A DNA stretch of 64,000 nucleotides from Nitrospiraceae bacterium (GTDB lineage: Bacteria; Nitrospirota; Nitrospiria; Nitrospirales; Nitrospiraceae): the NCBI GenBank assembly GCA_050246315.1, contig JBFWWG010000009.1, positions 117,812 through 181,811 of the forward strand, written 5' to 3'. Made by a program: the position numbers and the translations under genes. Every line of letters begins with the position of its first letter. The stretch's first letter is position 1. Positions 18,501-29,742 of the stretch are shown here, one piece after another. The notes beneath the pieces are model-generated. The model worked only from the letters and a program-made list of their open reading frames with translations, had not been told where the DNA came from and did not search any database.

Positions 18501-20219
18501 GTGAAGCAGGTGCGGCCTCATTACGCCATCCGGCGAACTGCTACCCTGGTGGGGCTGTTGGCAGGCTTTGTCGTCGTCTTGATCCGCCTGCTTCATCTTC
18601 AGGTCTTGCAGGCCGCGGAGCTGACCCAGCGTGCGGATCGGCAACATTGGAAATCCGTCTCACTGGAAGGGCCGCGCGGCACCATTTATGATCGAAACGG
18701 GAAGGTCCTGGCAATCAACGTTGAGGTGCCGTCGGCGTTCGGTGTGCCCACGGCGCTGGAGGATCTCCGCGGGGCGGCAAAGCGGCTGGCCCCCGTATTG
18801 AATGTGCGGCAGACGGAGTTGGAAAAGAAATTACGGCAGGACCGGTCGTTTGTCTGGCTGGCCAGGAAATTGGATCCGGAACAGGGGCGGCGATTGAAGG
18901 CCCTCTCGCTTGATGGCATCGGGGTGGTGATGGAAGGGCGGCGCTTCTATCCAAAGGGTGCCCTGCTCTCTCATGTGCTGGGGTTTGCGGGCATGGACGG
19001 GGAGGGGTTGGAAGGCATCGAGCGCCGGTATGACCGGTATCTGCACGGCGAGAAGCAGGTCATGATGCTGGAACGCGATGCGCTCGGGCGGACGGTGTTT
19101 CCACGCGGTTTGCGGGAGCAGGGTCCCGATGGCGGCCGGCATGTCGTCCTGACGATCGACGAAGTCGTGCAGTATATCGCGGAGAAAGAACTGGAGGAGG
19201 CGGTGGCCACCACGCGAGCCAAAGGTGGCATGGCCATCGTCATGGATCCTCACACCGGTGCCGTTCTGGGCATGGCGGTGAATCCACGGTTCGATCCCAA
19301 CATCCTCAAGTCGCTCACCCCGGACCGGTGGCGCAACCGGGCCATTGCCGATGTGTTCGAGCCGGGCAGTACAATGAAGCTGTTCATCGCGGCGGCGGCG
19401 CTGGAGGAACAGATCATGACGCCCACGACCATGCTGTACGGCGAGAATGGGCAGATGACGGTGGCGAACACCGTGATTCATGACCATGAGAAGATGGGAT
19501 GGATGACTTTCTCCGAGGTGATTCAGAAATCAAGCAATATCGGGGCGGCGAAAGCGGCCGCTCGGCTCGGCGAGCGTCGCTCGTATGATTATCTAAAACG
19601 ATTCGGATTCGGCGAGCGCACCGACGTGGACCTTCCGGGAGAGGTTGCCGGCCTGCTGAAGTCGCCCCGCGAGTGGGGGAGGAGGACGTTGGCCTCCATC
19701 GCCATGGGGCAGGAGATCGGGGTGACCGGAGTACAACTGGCGAGTGCGGTTTCGGCCATCGCGAACGGCGGGGTCCTAATGAAACCCTATGTCGTCGCCG
19801 AAGTGCAGGATGCGAAGGGACGCGTGTTGGCCGAGATGGGTCCGCAGCAACGTCGTCAAGTCGTTTCTCGGGAGACGGCGAGGGCCGTCAGCGAGATGCT
19901 CGAGAAAGTAGTGGCCAACGGCACGGGGGGCAAGGCGGCCGTCTCCGGCATCCGGGTCGCGGGCAAAACCGGAACCGCCCAGAAGGTCGATCCGCGAACC
20001 GGAGCCTATTCCTCCACCCTCGTCGTGGGATCCTTCGTCGGGTTTCTCCCTGCCGATGACCCCAAAATCGTGATCGCCGTGATGGTGGACGAGCCGCAGA
20101 TCGATGCGTGGGGCGGAGCGGTGGCGGCGCCGGCGTTCCGCCGGATCGCAGAGCAGGTACTGCCGTACCTCGGCGTGACACCGAATTCAGCAGTCAATCT
20201 GGCAATGGTCGTGGAGTAG
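18501..20219 (+). CDS. ftsI: Penicillin-binding protein FtsI (PBP3)
   Basis: RGTIYDRNG, EPGSTMK (SxxK), SSN, GKTGT. Confidence 0.95.
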   Translation: MKQVRPHYAIRRTATLVGLLAGFVVVLIRLLHLQVLQAAELTQRADRQHWKSVSLEGPRGTIYDRNGKVLAINVEVPSAFGVPTALEDLRGAAKRLAPVLNVRQTELEKKLRQDRSFVWLARKLDPEQGRRLKALSLDGIGVVMEGRRFYPKGALLSHVLGFAGMDGEGLEGIERRYDRYLHGEKQVMMLERDALGRTVFPRGLREQGPDGGRHVVLTIDEVVQYIAEKELEEAVATTRAKGGMAIVMDPHTGAVLGMAVNPRFDPNILKSLTPDRWRNRAIADVFEPGSTMKLFIAAAALEEQIMTPTTMLYGENGQMTVANTVIHDHEKMGWMTFSEVIQKSSNIGAAKAAARLGERRSYDYLKRFGFGERTDVDLPGEVAGLLKSPREWGRRTLASIAMGQEIGVTGVQLASAVSAIANGGVLMKPYVVAEVQDAKGRVLAEMGPQQRRQVVSRETARAVSEMLEKVVANGTGGKAAVSGIRVAGKTGTAQKVDPRTGAYSSTLVVGSFVGFLPADDPKIVIAVMVDEPQIDAWGGAVAAPAFRRIAEQVLPYLGVTPNSAVNLAMVVE

Positions 20220-20247
20220 CGCCTCGACCCGACCCTGGCAGTATGGT

Positions 20248-21756
20248 GTGCAGGTGACCTTGGCCGACATGCTCGACTCCCCGGTCATCCGATCGGAAAT
20301 CCTGGAACAGCACGGCAATTTGACGCCAAACGTGACAGGCGTTACCGACGATTCACGCCGGGTCATGCCGGGAACCGTGTTTGTCGCCGTCCGGGGCGAG
20401 CGAGTGGATGGCCATCGGTTCCTTCCTCAGGCCCTTCAGTCGGGAGCTGCGGCTTTGATCGTCCAACAACCGCAGTCGCCGGAGACTGTTCCCGTGATCC
20501 GGGTCAAAGACTCACGCAGAGCCTTGGGGCTCCTCGGCAGCCGCTTCTACGGCGCCCCCTCCTCTCGACTCCGAATGGTGGGGGTAACGGGCACCAACGG
20601 GAAAACGACCATTACGTATCTAACAAAAGCGGTCCTTGAATCGGCCGGACGGAAGGTTGGATTGATCGGAACCGTAGCCTATCAGATCGGTGAGGAAGTG
20701 GTGTCCGCCTCGCACACGACGCCTGGGGCGCTGGAACTCCAAGCGTTGTTGAGTCGGATGGTTTCGGCCGGTATGGATGCGGCCGTCATGGAAGTCTCCT
20801 CCCATGCGCTGGCGCTGGATCGGACCGTTGGGTGCGAATACGATGTGGCGGTCTTCACCAATCTGACGCAAGATCATCTCGACTTCCATCGGGATATGGA
20901 AGACTACTTCTCCGCCAAGTTGCGGCTGTTCACTGGATTGGCCGACGGGAAGCTGAAGTCGTCCAAGCGCGCGATCGTGAACGCGGACGATCCGTGGAGC
21001 GAGCGCATCCGCCAGGCTACCGCCGTCCCGCTCTGGACCTATGGGATCAAGGAGGCGGCAGATCTCCGCGCGGAGGGTCTGCGGCTGTCGGCATCGGGCA
21101 CCACGTTTGCCGTGGCCACTCCTCATGGTCGGGCGAAGGTGGAGAGCCGTCTGGTCGGCGAACACAATGTCTATAACGCGCTGGCCGCGATCGGCGTGGG
21201 GTTGCAGGAAGGGCTCGCGCTCGACCGAGTCTGTGAGGGGATCGCGTCCGTGCGCAACGTGCCTGGGCGGTTCGAACGGGTGGAGGCCGGGCAACCCTTT
21301 ACCGTCGTCGTAGATTATGCCCACACCGAAGATGCGTTGGTGCGGCTGCTGTCCGCGGCGCGCGCGCTTCGGCCTGGTCGGATCATCACAGTCTTCGGAT
21401 GCGGCGGCGATCGAGATCGGACAAAACGTCCCAAGATGGGGCGGGTGGCGGTGGAGCACAGCGATGTCGTGATGTTGACCTCCGACAACCCCAGGACCGA
21501 AGACCCGCAGGCTATCCTGCGGGATGTGGAGGTCGGCGTGAAGGAAGCGCTTCGCCGGCGACCTCAGGTGCGCTATCACCTGATCGCTGATCGCCGCGAA
21601 GCCATCAAGTGCGCGGTGCAGGAGGCGAGGTCCGGCGAACTGGTCCTGATCGCGGGTAAGGGGCACGAGGACTATCAAATCGTCGGCACGACCAAGCACC
21701 ATTTTGACGACCGCGAGGTGGCCCGGGAGGCCATCCTCAACGCGAAAGCGCTTTGA
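20248..21756 (+). CDS. murE: UDP-MurNAc-tripeptide ligase (meso-DAP type)
   Basis: TGTNGKTT, MEVSSH, FTNLTQDHLD, DYAHT, DNPR (DAP specificity), GKGHE. Confidence 0.97.
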   Translation: MQVTLADMLDSPVIRSEILEQHGNLTPNVTGVTDDSRRVMPGTVFVAVRGERVDGHRFLPQALQSGAAALIVQQPQSPETVPVIRVKDSRRALGLLGSRFYGAPSSRLRMVGVTGTNGKTTITYLTKAVLESAGRKVGLIGTVAYQIGEEVVSASHTTPGALELQALLSRMVSAGMDAAVMEVSSHALALDRTVGCEYDVAVFTNLTQDHLDFHRDMEDYFSAKLRLFTGLADGKLKSSKRAIVNADDPWSERIRQATAVPLWTYGIKEAADLRAEGLRLSASGTTFAVATPHGRAKVESRLVGEHNVYNALAAIGVGLQEGLALDRVCEGIASVRNVPGRFERVEAGQPFTVVVDYAHTEDALVRLLSAARALRPGRIITVFGCGGDRDRTKRPKMGRVAVEHSDVVMLTSDNPRTEDPQAILRDVEVGVKEALRRRPQVRYHLIADRREAIKCAVQEARSGELVLIAGKGHEDYQIVGTTKHHFDDREVAREAILNAKAL

Positions 21757-21814
21757 AGGCAAACTCGAAAGTCTGTTCCCGAAACCTGTGCAAGCACCAT
21801 ATGTGGGTCAGGTG

Positions 21815-23266
21815 ATGGCAGGGTCCCTCTACACGGTAGAAGAAGTCCTCGAGGTCGTCGGCGCCAGGCTTTTGACTGGTGACACGTCGATAGCGTCGAA
21901 AGCAACGATCAAGCGCCTGTGGACCGACTCCCGGACCGTGCGCCCGGGCGACTGTTTTGTCGCATTGCGGGGTGATCGGTTCGACGGCCACGCCTTTGTT
22001 CCGGAAACCTTCCGGAAGGGGGCGGTGGCGGCGTTGGTCGAAGATTCCTACCGAGTGCCGGCCGATCCCCTCCTGCGCGGCCCCGCGCGTCGGCCGGCCA
22101 TTATTTTAGCGGTGCGCGATTCGCTCCTCGCCTTTCAGCAATTGGCCACGCACCATCGCAACCGGTTCGCAATTCCGGTGGTGGCGGTGACCGGGAGCAA
22201 CGGGAAGACGACGACGAAAGACATGGTTGCCGGTGTCTTGGCCATGCGCTGGACGACGTTCAAGACCGAAGGTAATCTCAACAACCGAATCGGTGTGCCG
22301 CAGACGTTATTGCGATTGACCGCTCGGCACAAGGCTGCCGTGATCGAGATGGGCGTGGACGCGCGGGGACAGACGACGCGCCTCTGCGAGGTCGTCCGCC
22401 CGACGGTCGGGATCATCACCAATATCGGCGCCGATCATTTGGAATTTTTCGGGGACCTGGAAGGGTCCGCTCAAGCCAAAGCGGAGCTGTTGGACCAGAT
22501 GCCGGCCGAGGGGGTGGTCGCGCTGAACGGCGACGATCCGTATTTCGATTACCTGGCGGCGCGTGCGACCTGTCGCGTGGTGTCGTTCGGACTCTCGGAG
22601 CGCGCGGATGTGCGGGCGACGGACATCAACCATCACGGCAAACTTGGGACGACGTTCAAGTTGCATTTGCCGGGCCGCCATCGTGCCCCGGTGATCGCCA
22701 TACGGGTACATGGTGACCACAATGTTCTGAATGCTCTGGCCGCCGCGGCGGTCGGGTATGCGCTGGGATTCAGCGGCATATTGATCGGTAAGGGATTGGC
22801 GGTATTCCGACCGGCTCACCTGCGGTCCCAGGTCGTGACGGTGCGCGGCGCGCGGGTGATCAACGACTGCTACAACGCGAACCCCTCGTCGATGAAGGCG
22901 GCCCTGCGGCTCCTGGCCCAAATCGGCCGGGGGGGGCGGACGATCGCCGTGGTGGGCGACATGTTGGAATTGGGAGCAAAGGCGGAAGAGTTTCACCGGG
23001 AGGTCGGCGCCTTGGCGGCTGAACTCGGCATTCAGCGACTGATTACCTGCGGACCGCTCGGGCAACGGATCGCGGCGGGCGCAAGACGGGCCGGGATGAC
23101 CCAGGATTGTGTGCTGGCGGTCAACGACGCGGGGGAAGCGGCGGCGGTCTTAAAGAATCTGCTCCAGGCGGGGGATACGGTGTTGGTCAAGGCCTCGCGC
23201 GGAATGAAACTGGAACGAGTGCTCGACGCCTTACAGGGGCGGGCCCGGATGGCGGCCGGCGCCTAG
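21815..23266 (+). CDS. murF: UDP-MurNAc-pentapeptide synthetase
   Basis: GSNGKTTTK, GNLNNRIG, EMG, NDCYNANP, KASRG; start placed at ATG 21815 to avoid overlap with murE. Confidence 0.95.
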   Translation: MAGSLYTVEEVLEVVGARLLTGDTSIASKATIKRLWTDSRTVRPGDCFVALRGDRFDGHAFVPETFRKGAVAALVEDSYRVPADPLLRGPARRPAIILAVRDSLLAFQQLATHHRNRFAIPVVAVTGSNGKTTTKDMVAGVLAMRWTTFKTEGNLNNRIGVPQTLLRLTARHKAAVIEMGVDARGQTTRLCEVVRPTVGIITNIGADHLEFFGDLEGSAQAKAELLDQMPAEGVVALNGDDPYFDYLAARATCRVVSFGLSERADVRATDINHHGKLGTTFKLHLPGRHRAPVIAIRVHGDHNVLNALAAAAVGYALGFSGILIGKGLAVFRPAHLRSQVVTVRGARVINDCYNANPSSMKAALRLLAQIGRGGRTIAVVGDMLELGAKAEEFHREVGALAAELGIQRLITCGPLGQRIAAGARRAGMTQDCVLAVNDAGEAAAVLKNLLQAGDTVLVKASRGMKLERVLDALQGRARMAAGA

Positions 23267-23270
23267 TCCA

Positions 23271-23370
23271 CATGGGTCATGACGGTTCGAGACGGTTCAC
23301 CCGTTGCAATCTGTGATCAACGGGTGTCCGCGGCGTATCGGTGGTTCCAGTAGAGGCGGTCATGAATCAT
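23271..23370 (+). promoter_or_regulatory. Intergenic motif with phased ACGGTTC repeats and hairpins; second copy at 39936
   Basis: 29/33 identity with 39936..39968; perfect stem CACCCGTTG/CAACGGGTG (23298-23326). Confidence 0.55.
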
Positions 23371-23423
23371 CTGGGTTAGCTGAACGAACGATTCTCGCAG
23401 GGAATTGGGCGGGTTGAATCGGT

Positions 23424-24503
23424 ATGCTCTACAACTGGTTGTATCCTCTCCACACCGAGTTCTCCATTCTCAATGTCTTCCGATACCTGAGCTTTCGGAT
23501 CATCTACGCCTCTGTCACGGCCTTTCTGATCGCCTTCGTCCTGGCTCCGTGGTTGATCAAGAAACTTCAGGCGATCAAGCTGGGGCAACAGGTCAGGGAC
23601 GACGGGCCGAAGCGGCATCTGGCCAAGAGCGGCACCCCGACGATGGGCGGAATGCTGATCATTTTTGCGGTGGTGTTGACCACCCTCCTCTGGGCGGACC
23701 TCACGAACAAGTACGTCTGGCTGGTCATCCTCTCGACCTTGGGGTTCGGATTGATCGGATTTGTGGACGACTATCTGAAATTTGTCAAGGCTCAATCGAA
23801 GGGCCTTTCGGCGTCACAAAAATTTGCTGGACAGGTGGCGATTGCGCTGGCGATCGGTCTGATTCTGTATTTCTTCCTTCCGGGGTACTCCACCAAACTG
23901 AGCGTGCCGTTCTTCAAGAATTTCACTCCGGAGCTGGGATGGCTCTATATCCCATTCGTCATCCTCGTGATCGTCGGCAGCTCCAATGCGGTCAATCTGA
24001 CGGACGGTCTGGACGGACTGGCCGTTGGACCGGTCATGATCGCCTCGATGGCCTATACGATCGTGGCCTATGCGGCGGGGCATCGTCTGTTTGCCGACTA
24101 TCTGTTGATCCCCCATATCGAGGGCGCCGGGGAAGTCGGGGTCTTTACCGCGGCGATCTTCGGGGCGAGTCTCGGTTTCCTCTGGTTCAATACCTATCCG
24201 GCGACGGTCTTCATGGGCGATGTGGGCTCGCTCCCCTTGGGCGCCGCGCTTGGCACCGTCGCGGTCATCAGCAAGCATGAGTTGCTGCTCATGCTGGTCG
24301 GGGGCGTGTTCGTGATCGAGGCGGTGTCCGTGATTTTCCAGGTCTTGTCCTTCAAGTCGCGCGGCAAACGGATCTTTCTGATGGCCCCGATCCATCACCA
24401 TTTCGAGATGAAGGGCTGGGAGGAGCCTAAAGTGGTGGTCCGATTGTGGATCATCGCGATCCTGCTCGCGCTTTTGAGCCTGAGCACCTTGAAACTGCGA
24501 TGA
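23424..24503 (+). CDS. mraY: Phospho-MurNAc-pentapeptide transferase
   Basis: [39 protein letters not shown]. Confidence 0.98.
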   Translation: MLYNWLYPLHTEFSILNVFRYLSFRIIYASVTAFLIAFVLAPWLIKKLQAIKLGQQVRDDGPKRHLAKSGTPTMGGMLIIFAVVLTTLLWADLTNKYVWLVILSTLGFGLIGFVDDYLKFVKAQSKGLSASQKFAGQVAIALAIGLILYFFLPGYSTKLSVPFFKNFTPELGWLYIPFVILVIVGSSNAVNLTDGLDGLAVGPVMIASMAYTIVAYAAGHRLFADYLLIPHIEGAGEVGVFTAAIFGASLGFLWFNTYPATVFMGDVGSLPLGAALGTVAVISKHELLLMLVGGVFVIEAVSVIFQVLSFKSRGKRIFLMAPIHHHFEMKGWEEPKVVVRLWIIAILLALLSLSTLKLR

Positions 24504-25927
24504 TGCCGATACCGGGCCGTTCGCACAGAGGAGCCGAATTGGCCGGGAAGGCCGTTGTGGTAGTCGGATTGGCCCGAAGCGGAGTGGCGGCGGCAAGGCT
24601 GCTCGCGCGGATCGGTGCCCGCGTGACCCTGGCCGATCGCAAGGACGAACGGGAGTTGCACGAGGTTCTGGGCCAACTCGATCGGGAACAGGTTGCGCTT
24701 GCCTTGGGAGCGCAATACGAGCGGGCATTTCAGCAGGCCGACCTCGTAGTCATCAGTCCCGGTGTGCCGACACGCGCGCCCGTACTGGAAGCCGTTCGCC
24801 GTCGCGGCATCCGAGTGATCGGGGAGCTGGAGCTGGCCTCTCGCTTGTTGTCCGTCCCCGTCGTCGCCGTCACCGGGACCAACGGCAAGAGCACAACCGT
24901 GACGCTGATCGGAAAGTTTCTCCAGGAAAGCGGAAAACGGGCGTTTGTGGGCGGCAACCTGGGCACAGCCGTCTCCGAAGCGGCCTTGGCCGGTCTTGAG
25001 GCGGACGAGCAGAGGGGCGTCGGTCGATCACCCTATGAAGTCATCGTCGCGGAAGTATCGAGTTTTCAGTTGGAAACGATCGAGCGGTTCCAACCTTGGA
25101 TCGCGGCGCTGCTCAACATTACGACCGATCACATGGATCGTTACGATTCGATCGACGACTACGTACGGGCAAAGTGTCGGATCTTCGAGAATCAGAATGC
25201 CACGGATTATGCCGTGATCAATCTGGACGATCCCAGAGTCGCGGCGATCGGCCGTACGGTTCGGGCTCACGGGATGGGCTTTACGCGCCGCCAGACCATT
25301 CCGACCGCTTCAACCGGGGGGGCCTTTCTCGACGGTGAGGAGGTGATCGTGTTGCTTGAAGGACAGCGACGGACGATCGCATCTCGCTCGGAGATCCGGT
25401 TGCTGGGGACGCATAACGTGGAAAACGTCCTGGCGGCCGCCACCATCGGTCTATTGTGCGGCTGCGAGGTGGACGCCATGCGGCGCGTCCTCCGCTCGTT
25501 TTCCGGGCTCGAACATGCGCTGGAGCTCGTCCGGGAAATCAACGGCGTCCGATTCGTGAACGATTCCAAAGGCACGAACGTCGATGCCACGGTGAAGGCC
25601 TTGGAGAGCCTGGATCAGCCGATCTGGCTGATCGCCGGGGGAAAGGACAAGGGCGGAGATCTCGCTCGCCTCAGAGAGCCGATCGCGCGCAAGGCAAAGG
25701 GCGTCGTCTTAATCGGAGAAGCTGCGCCGCTCATCACGGCAGCCATTCGACCCTATGATCGCATCAGACAGGCAGCCTCGTTACAAGAGGCCGTGCGGCT
25801 CGCAGCCGAACAGGCGGAGGCGGGCGATATCGTGCTCCTGTCTCCGGCCTGCGCCAGTTTCGACATGTTCGCGGATTATCAGGATCGAGGACGCCAATTC
25901 AAGGCGGCAGTGGCGGCGCTGCCGTAA
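24500..25927 (+). CDS. murD: UDP-MurNAc-L-Ala--D-Glu ligase
   Basis: [48 protein letters not shown] overlap with mraY. Confidence 0.97.
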   Translation: MMPIPGRSHRGAELAGKAVVVVGLARSGVAAARLLARIGARVTLADRKDERELHEVLGQLDREQVALALGAQYERAFQQADLVVISPGVPTRAPVLEAVRRRGIRVIGELELASRLLSVPVVAVTGTNGKSTTVTLIGKFLQESGKRAFVGGNLGTAVSEAALAGLEADEQRGVGRSPYEVIVAEVSSFQLETIERFQPWIAALLNITTDHMDRYDSIDDYVRAKCRIFENQNATDYAVINLDDPRVAAIGRTVRAHGMGFTRRQTIPTASTGGAFLDGEEVIVLLEGQRRTIASRSEIRLLGTHNVENVLAAATIGLLCGCEVDAMRRVLRSFSGLEHALELVREINGVRFVNDSKGTNVDATVKALESLDQPIWLIAGGKDKGGDLARLREPIARKAKGVVLIGEAAPLITAAIRPYDRIRQAASLQEAVRLAAEQAEAGDIVLLSPACASFDMFADYQDRGRQFKAAVAALP

Positions 25928-25959
25928 TGGGCGTTCCTGGATCGATTGACGGGAGAATC

Positions 25960-27132
25960 ATGGCCGACAAAACAGCCGGAACCCTGGCCTTTCCGTGGCC
26001 GAGTGCGGGCCGGCGCGCCCGCAAGCTCGTGGCCTTGGATCACACGCTCGTCGTGCTGACACTCGCCCTGTCATTGGCGGGGCTGGTGATGGTCTTCAGC
26101 GCCAGCGCGGTGGTGGCCGGCAACCGGTTCCAGGACCCCTGGTATTTCCTCAAGCGGCAGCTCGCGTGGCTGGCCTTGGGCCTCGCCCTGATGCATCTCA
26201 CGTCGCGCATCGACTATGCGGTGTGGAAGAAGCTGGCCGTCCCGCTGTTGGCCGTGACCGGGGGCCTGTTGCTGTTGGTGCTGATTCCCTCTGTGGGCGT
26301 GTTGGCGAAGGGCGCCCGTCGCTGGTTGCGAGCAGGACCTCTCCTGGTTCAGCCGACGGAAATCGCGAAGGTGGTGGCCGTGATCTATCTTGCGGCGTAT
26401 CTCGCGGCCAAGGAAGCGCGTCTCCTGTCGTTCCAGAAAGGGGTCCTTCCGCCGCTCATTTTAGTCGGTGCCATCTGCGCCCTGATTTTTCTCCAGCCTG
26501 ACTTGGGGAGCGTGGTCGTCATCGGGTTGGTGACCTTCGGCCTGTTGTTCTTGGCGGGAGCTAAGCTGAGTCATCTCTTCGGGTTGGTGCTCTGTGCCGT
26601 ACCGGCGGTCTTGGCACTGGTCGTCAGCTCGCCCTATCGGTGGAAGCGAGTGATGACCTTTCTCTTCCCGGAAAAGGACGTGTCGGGGGCTGGGTTTCAG
26701 GTCACGCAATCGTTCCTCGCGTTCGGCAGCGGAGGGCCGTTCGGAGTCGGGCTCGGGGAAGGCAAGCAGAAGCTGTTCTTCCTGCCGGAGGCGCACACGG
26801 ATTTCGTGCTCGCGCTGGTCGGAGAGGAGCTCGGCTTTCTGGGGACGGCCGCCCTGCTGATGCTGTTTCTGGCCTTTGTGGTCCGCGGTTTCTCGATCGC
26901 CGCCCGCGCACGCATGCCATTCGGTTACTTCTTGGGCATGGGCATCACCTTGTTGATTGCGACCCAGACGCTGATCAATGCCGGCGTGGTCACCGGGTTG
27001 CTGCCGACGAAAGGATTGACGCTGCCATTCGTGAGTTACGGGGGCTCGTCGCTGGTGATCAGTTTGATCGGGGTGGGCATCTTATTGAGCATTTCGCGCG
27101 ACCGGTGCGGTGGGCAGGAACGCAACGAATGA
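25960..27132 (+). CDS. ftsW: SEDS peptidoglycan glycosyltransferase FtsW
   Basis: GARRW, QPDLG, LPEAHTDF, PTKGLTLPFVSYGGSS. Confidence 0.96.
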   Translation: MADKTAGTLAFPWPSAGRRARKLVALDHTLVVLTLALSLAGLVMVFSASAVVAGNRFQDPWYFLKRQLAWLALGLALMHLTSRIDYAVWKKLAVPLLAVTGGLLLLVLIPSVGVLAKGARRWLRAGPLLVQPTEIAKVVAVIYLAAYLAAKEARLLSFQKGVLPPLILVGAICALIFLQPDLGSVVVIGLVTFGLLFLAGAKLSHLFGLVLCAVPAVLALVVSSPYRWKRVMTFLFPEKDVSGAGFQVTQSFLAFGSGGPFGVGLGEGKQKLFFLPEAHTDFVLALVGEELGFLGTAALLMLFLAFVVRGFSIAARARMPFGYFLGMGITLLIATQTLINAGVVTGLLPTKGLTLPFVSYGGSSLVISLIGVGILLSISRDRCGGQERNE

Positions 27133-27161
27133 TCCGGGTTACGGGGTGAGCGAGCCGGTGA

Positions 27162-28286
27162 ATGAATATCGTCATTGCGGCAGGGGGGACCGGCGGGCAT
27201 CTGTATCCGGCGATCGCCCTCGCCAGGGAGTTTCAGCGGGTCAAACCCGGCGCCTCCGTGCTCTTTGTTGGAACGACCAGAGGAATGGAATCGCGTGTGG
27301 TGCCGCACGAAGGGTTTCCGCTCCGAATGATCACCGCCAAGCCCTTCATGGGGATGGGGCGCCTCGGTGCGCTGAAGGCACTGGTGGCGCTGCCTGTGGG
27401 CGTCCGGGAGTCGGTGCAGTTGCTCAGAGAGCAGCGCACCGATCTGGTTATCGGAGTGGGAGGGTATACCTCTCCGGCGGTGTTGCTGGCGGCGGCGCTT
27501 TTGCGGCGCCCCACCGTGATCCTGGAACCCAATTCCTATCCGGGATTGGCCAACAAGCTGTTGGGTCCGTTGGTCCAGCGGATATTTCTGGCCTTCGGCT
27601 CAGCCGCCGAGTTTTTTCCTCAGGCCAAGGTGCGGGTCGTCGGGACGCCCCTTCGCCGAGAATTTGTCGAACCGCTTCATGCACAGACACCAGGAAGTGA
27701 GGATGGGCGTATGCATCTGGTGATTTTCGGAGGCAGTCAGGGCGCCAAGGCCATTAACGCCGCGATGGTCGAAGCGCTCCCCTATTTGTCGGATCTGCGG
27801 GACCGTCTATTGATCACTCACCAGACCGGTGAGGCGGACCGGGAATCCGTGGCTCAGGGCTATGCGAAGTACCGATTCCGTGCGGACGTTCGGCCGTTTC
27901 TCTACGACATGCCGATGGTGCTTCGGTCGGCCGACCTGGTGGTGTCGCGGGCCGGCGCGATGACGATCGCGGAGCTGGCCGCCTGCGGCTGTCCGGCCAT
28001 TCTTGTGCCGCTGCCCCAGGCCATTTACAACCATCAGGCGAAGAACGCTGCGGTGATGGAAACGGCGGGCGCCGCAATCGTCCTGCCGCAGTACGAATTA
28101 TCCGGAGAGCGGACGGCATCCACCATTCGCAGCATCCTCACCAATTCACAGCGCCTCCAGGACATGCGAGCCCGGAGTCTGGCCTTACGGCGTGTGGACG
28201 CAGCCGGGCGTATCGTGGAGGAATGCCTGTCTCTGCTAGGGAGGTCTCATGAAGCCGATGAGTCTATTGGAGTCACGGGATCGTGA
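27162..28286 (+). CDS. murG: Lipid II GlcNAc transferase
   Basis: GGTGGH, GGY, GGSQGA, RAGAMT, HQAKNA. Confidence 0.97.
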   Translation: MNIVIAAGGTGGHLYPAIALAREFQRVKPGASVLFVGTTRGMESRVVPHEGFPLRMITAKPFMGMGRLGALKALVALPVGVRESVQLLREQRTDLVIGVGGYTSPAVLLAAALLRRPTVILEPNSYPGLANKLLGPLVQRIFLAFGSAAEFFPQAKVRVVGTPLRREFVEPLHAQTPGSEDGRMHLVIFGGSQGAKAINAAMVEALPYLSDLRDRLLITHQTGEADRESVAQGYAKYRFRADVRPFLYDMPMVLRSADLVVSRAGAMTIAELAACGCPAILVPLPQAIYNHQAKNAAVMETAGAAIVLPQYELSGERTASTIRSILTNSQRLQDMRARSLALRRVDAAGRIVEECLSLLGRSHEADESIGVTGS

Positions 28287-28347
28287 TGGAGTCGAGATGC
28301 GCGAGCCGGGCAACGGCCGGCCGCTGAGACGGGGAGTCAGAACATCG

Positions 28348-29733
28348 ATGTTTCGTAAGATCCAACATATTCACCTTGTCGGAATCGGCGGCTCCGGGAT
28401 GAGCGGGATTGCCGAAGTCCTCTTGACGCTCGGGTACCAGGTGACCGGGTCGGACCTGAACGCATCGGACACGACCAGGCGGTTGGAGGAACTTGGCGGA
28501 CGGATCTTCATCGGCCACCAAGAATCCAACATCGGGCAGGCACAAGTGGTGGTCGTGTCCTCGGCGGTCTCTCCGGTCAATCCGGAAGTCTTGGCCGCCA
28601 AGGCGAGGCCGATCCCGGTGATTCCGCGGGCCGAGATGCTTGCCGAATTGATGCGGCTCAAGTACGGGATCGCCATCGCGGGCGCGCACGGCAAGACCAC
28701 CACCACCTCGATGGTGGCGAGCGTGCTGGCCGAGGGCGGACTCGATCCGACGGTGGTGATCGGCGGCAAGGTCAATGCCTTGGGCAGCCATGCCAGGCTC
28801 GGGCGAGGCGAATTGCTGGTGGCGGAGGCCGACGAAAGTGACGGGTCATTTCTACGGCTCTCACCGTCGATCGTCGCTGTGACCAATCTCGATCGTGAAC
28901 ATCTTGATCACTACGGGTCGATGGAACGGATCACCGAGAGTTTTCTGGAATTCATCAACCGCATCCCCTTCTATGGATTGGCGGTGCTGTGTTTGGACGA
29001 TGACCGCCTCCGCGGCTTACTCGGCGGTGTGGTCAAACGTTATCTGACCTACGGCCTGAAAGAGCATGAAGGCGTGGCGCCGCCCGATTACCGTGCGACC
29101 GACATCGTACTGAAACAATGGGGGGCTGAATTCCGAGCCCACTTCCGGTCCAAGAATCTCGGGCCGTTCCGCCTGTGTATCCCGGGCATTCACAACGTGT
29201 CGAACGCGCTCGCCGCCATCGCGATTGGGATTGAGTTGGACGTGCCGGTGGACTTGATCCGACGGGGGTTGGCCGCCTTCACAGGCGTCGAACGACGCTT
29301 TCACCTTCGAGGCGAGAAACATGGTGTGACCGTGGTGGACGACTACGGACACCATCCGACCGAGATCAAGGCCACGCTTGCGGCGGCCAAGCAGGGATGG
29401 AACCGGCGTCTGGTCGTGCTGTTCCAGCCGCATCGTTATACAAGAACGCGCGATCTGTTAAGTGAGTTCGCCGGCGCGTTCACCGACGCCGATGTGCTGC
29501 TCGTCACAGAGATTTATGCGGCGAGCGAGCAACCGATCCCGGGAGTGAGCGGCGAATGCCTGGTGGAAGCGACCCGGGCAGCCGGCCATCCGAACGTCAC
29601 CTATGTGCCGGTCAAACAGGACTTGCCGGACCGAACCGTGCCGTTGCTCCAACCGGGCGACATGGTGCTGACGCTGGGCGCAGGCGACATCTGGAAGGCC
29701 GGCCTGGGTATCCTGGACCGTTTGCCGTCGTGA
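28348..29733 (+). CDS. murC: UDP-MurNAc--L-Ala ligase
   Basis: GIGGSGMSG, GAHGKTTT, EADESD, DDYGHHPTE, FQPHRY. Confidence 0.97.
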   Translation: MFRKIQHIHLVGIGGSGMSGIAEVLLTLGYQVTGSDLNASDTTRRLEELGGRIFIGHQESNIGQAQVVVVSSAVSPVNPEVLAAKARPIPVIPRAEMLAELMRLKYGIAIAGAHGKTTTTSMVASVLAEGGLDPTVVIGGKVNALGSHARLGRGELLVAEADESDGSFLRLSPSIVAVTNLDREHLDHYGSMERITESFLEFINRIPFYGLAVLCLDDDRLRGLLGGVVKRYLTYGLKEHEGVAPPDYRATDIVLKQWGAEFRAHFRSKNLGPFRLCIPGIHNVSNALAAIAIGIELDVPVDLIRRGLAAFTGVERRFHLRGEKHGVTVVDDYGHHPTEIKATLAAAKQGWNRRLVVLFQPHRYTRTRDLLSEFAGAFTDADVLLVTEIYAASEQPIPGVSGECLVEATRAAGHPNVTYVPVKQDLPDRTVPLLQPGDMVLTLGAGDIWKAGLGILDRLPS

Positions 29734-29742
29734 GCTGCCGTC

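Noticed and set aside
21704..21814. ORF-track N-terminal extensions of murF (similarly murC, murD, prs, pilR, yggT, tnaA)
   Set aside because: They overlap upstream genes or precede the conserved N-terminus; downstream starts were used
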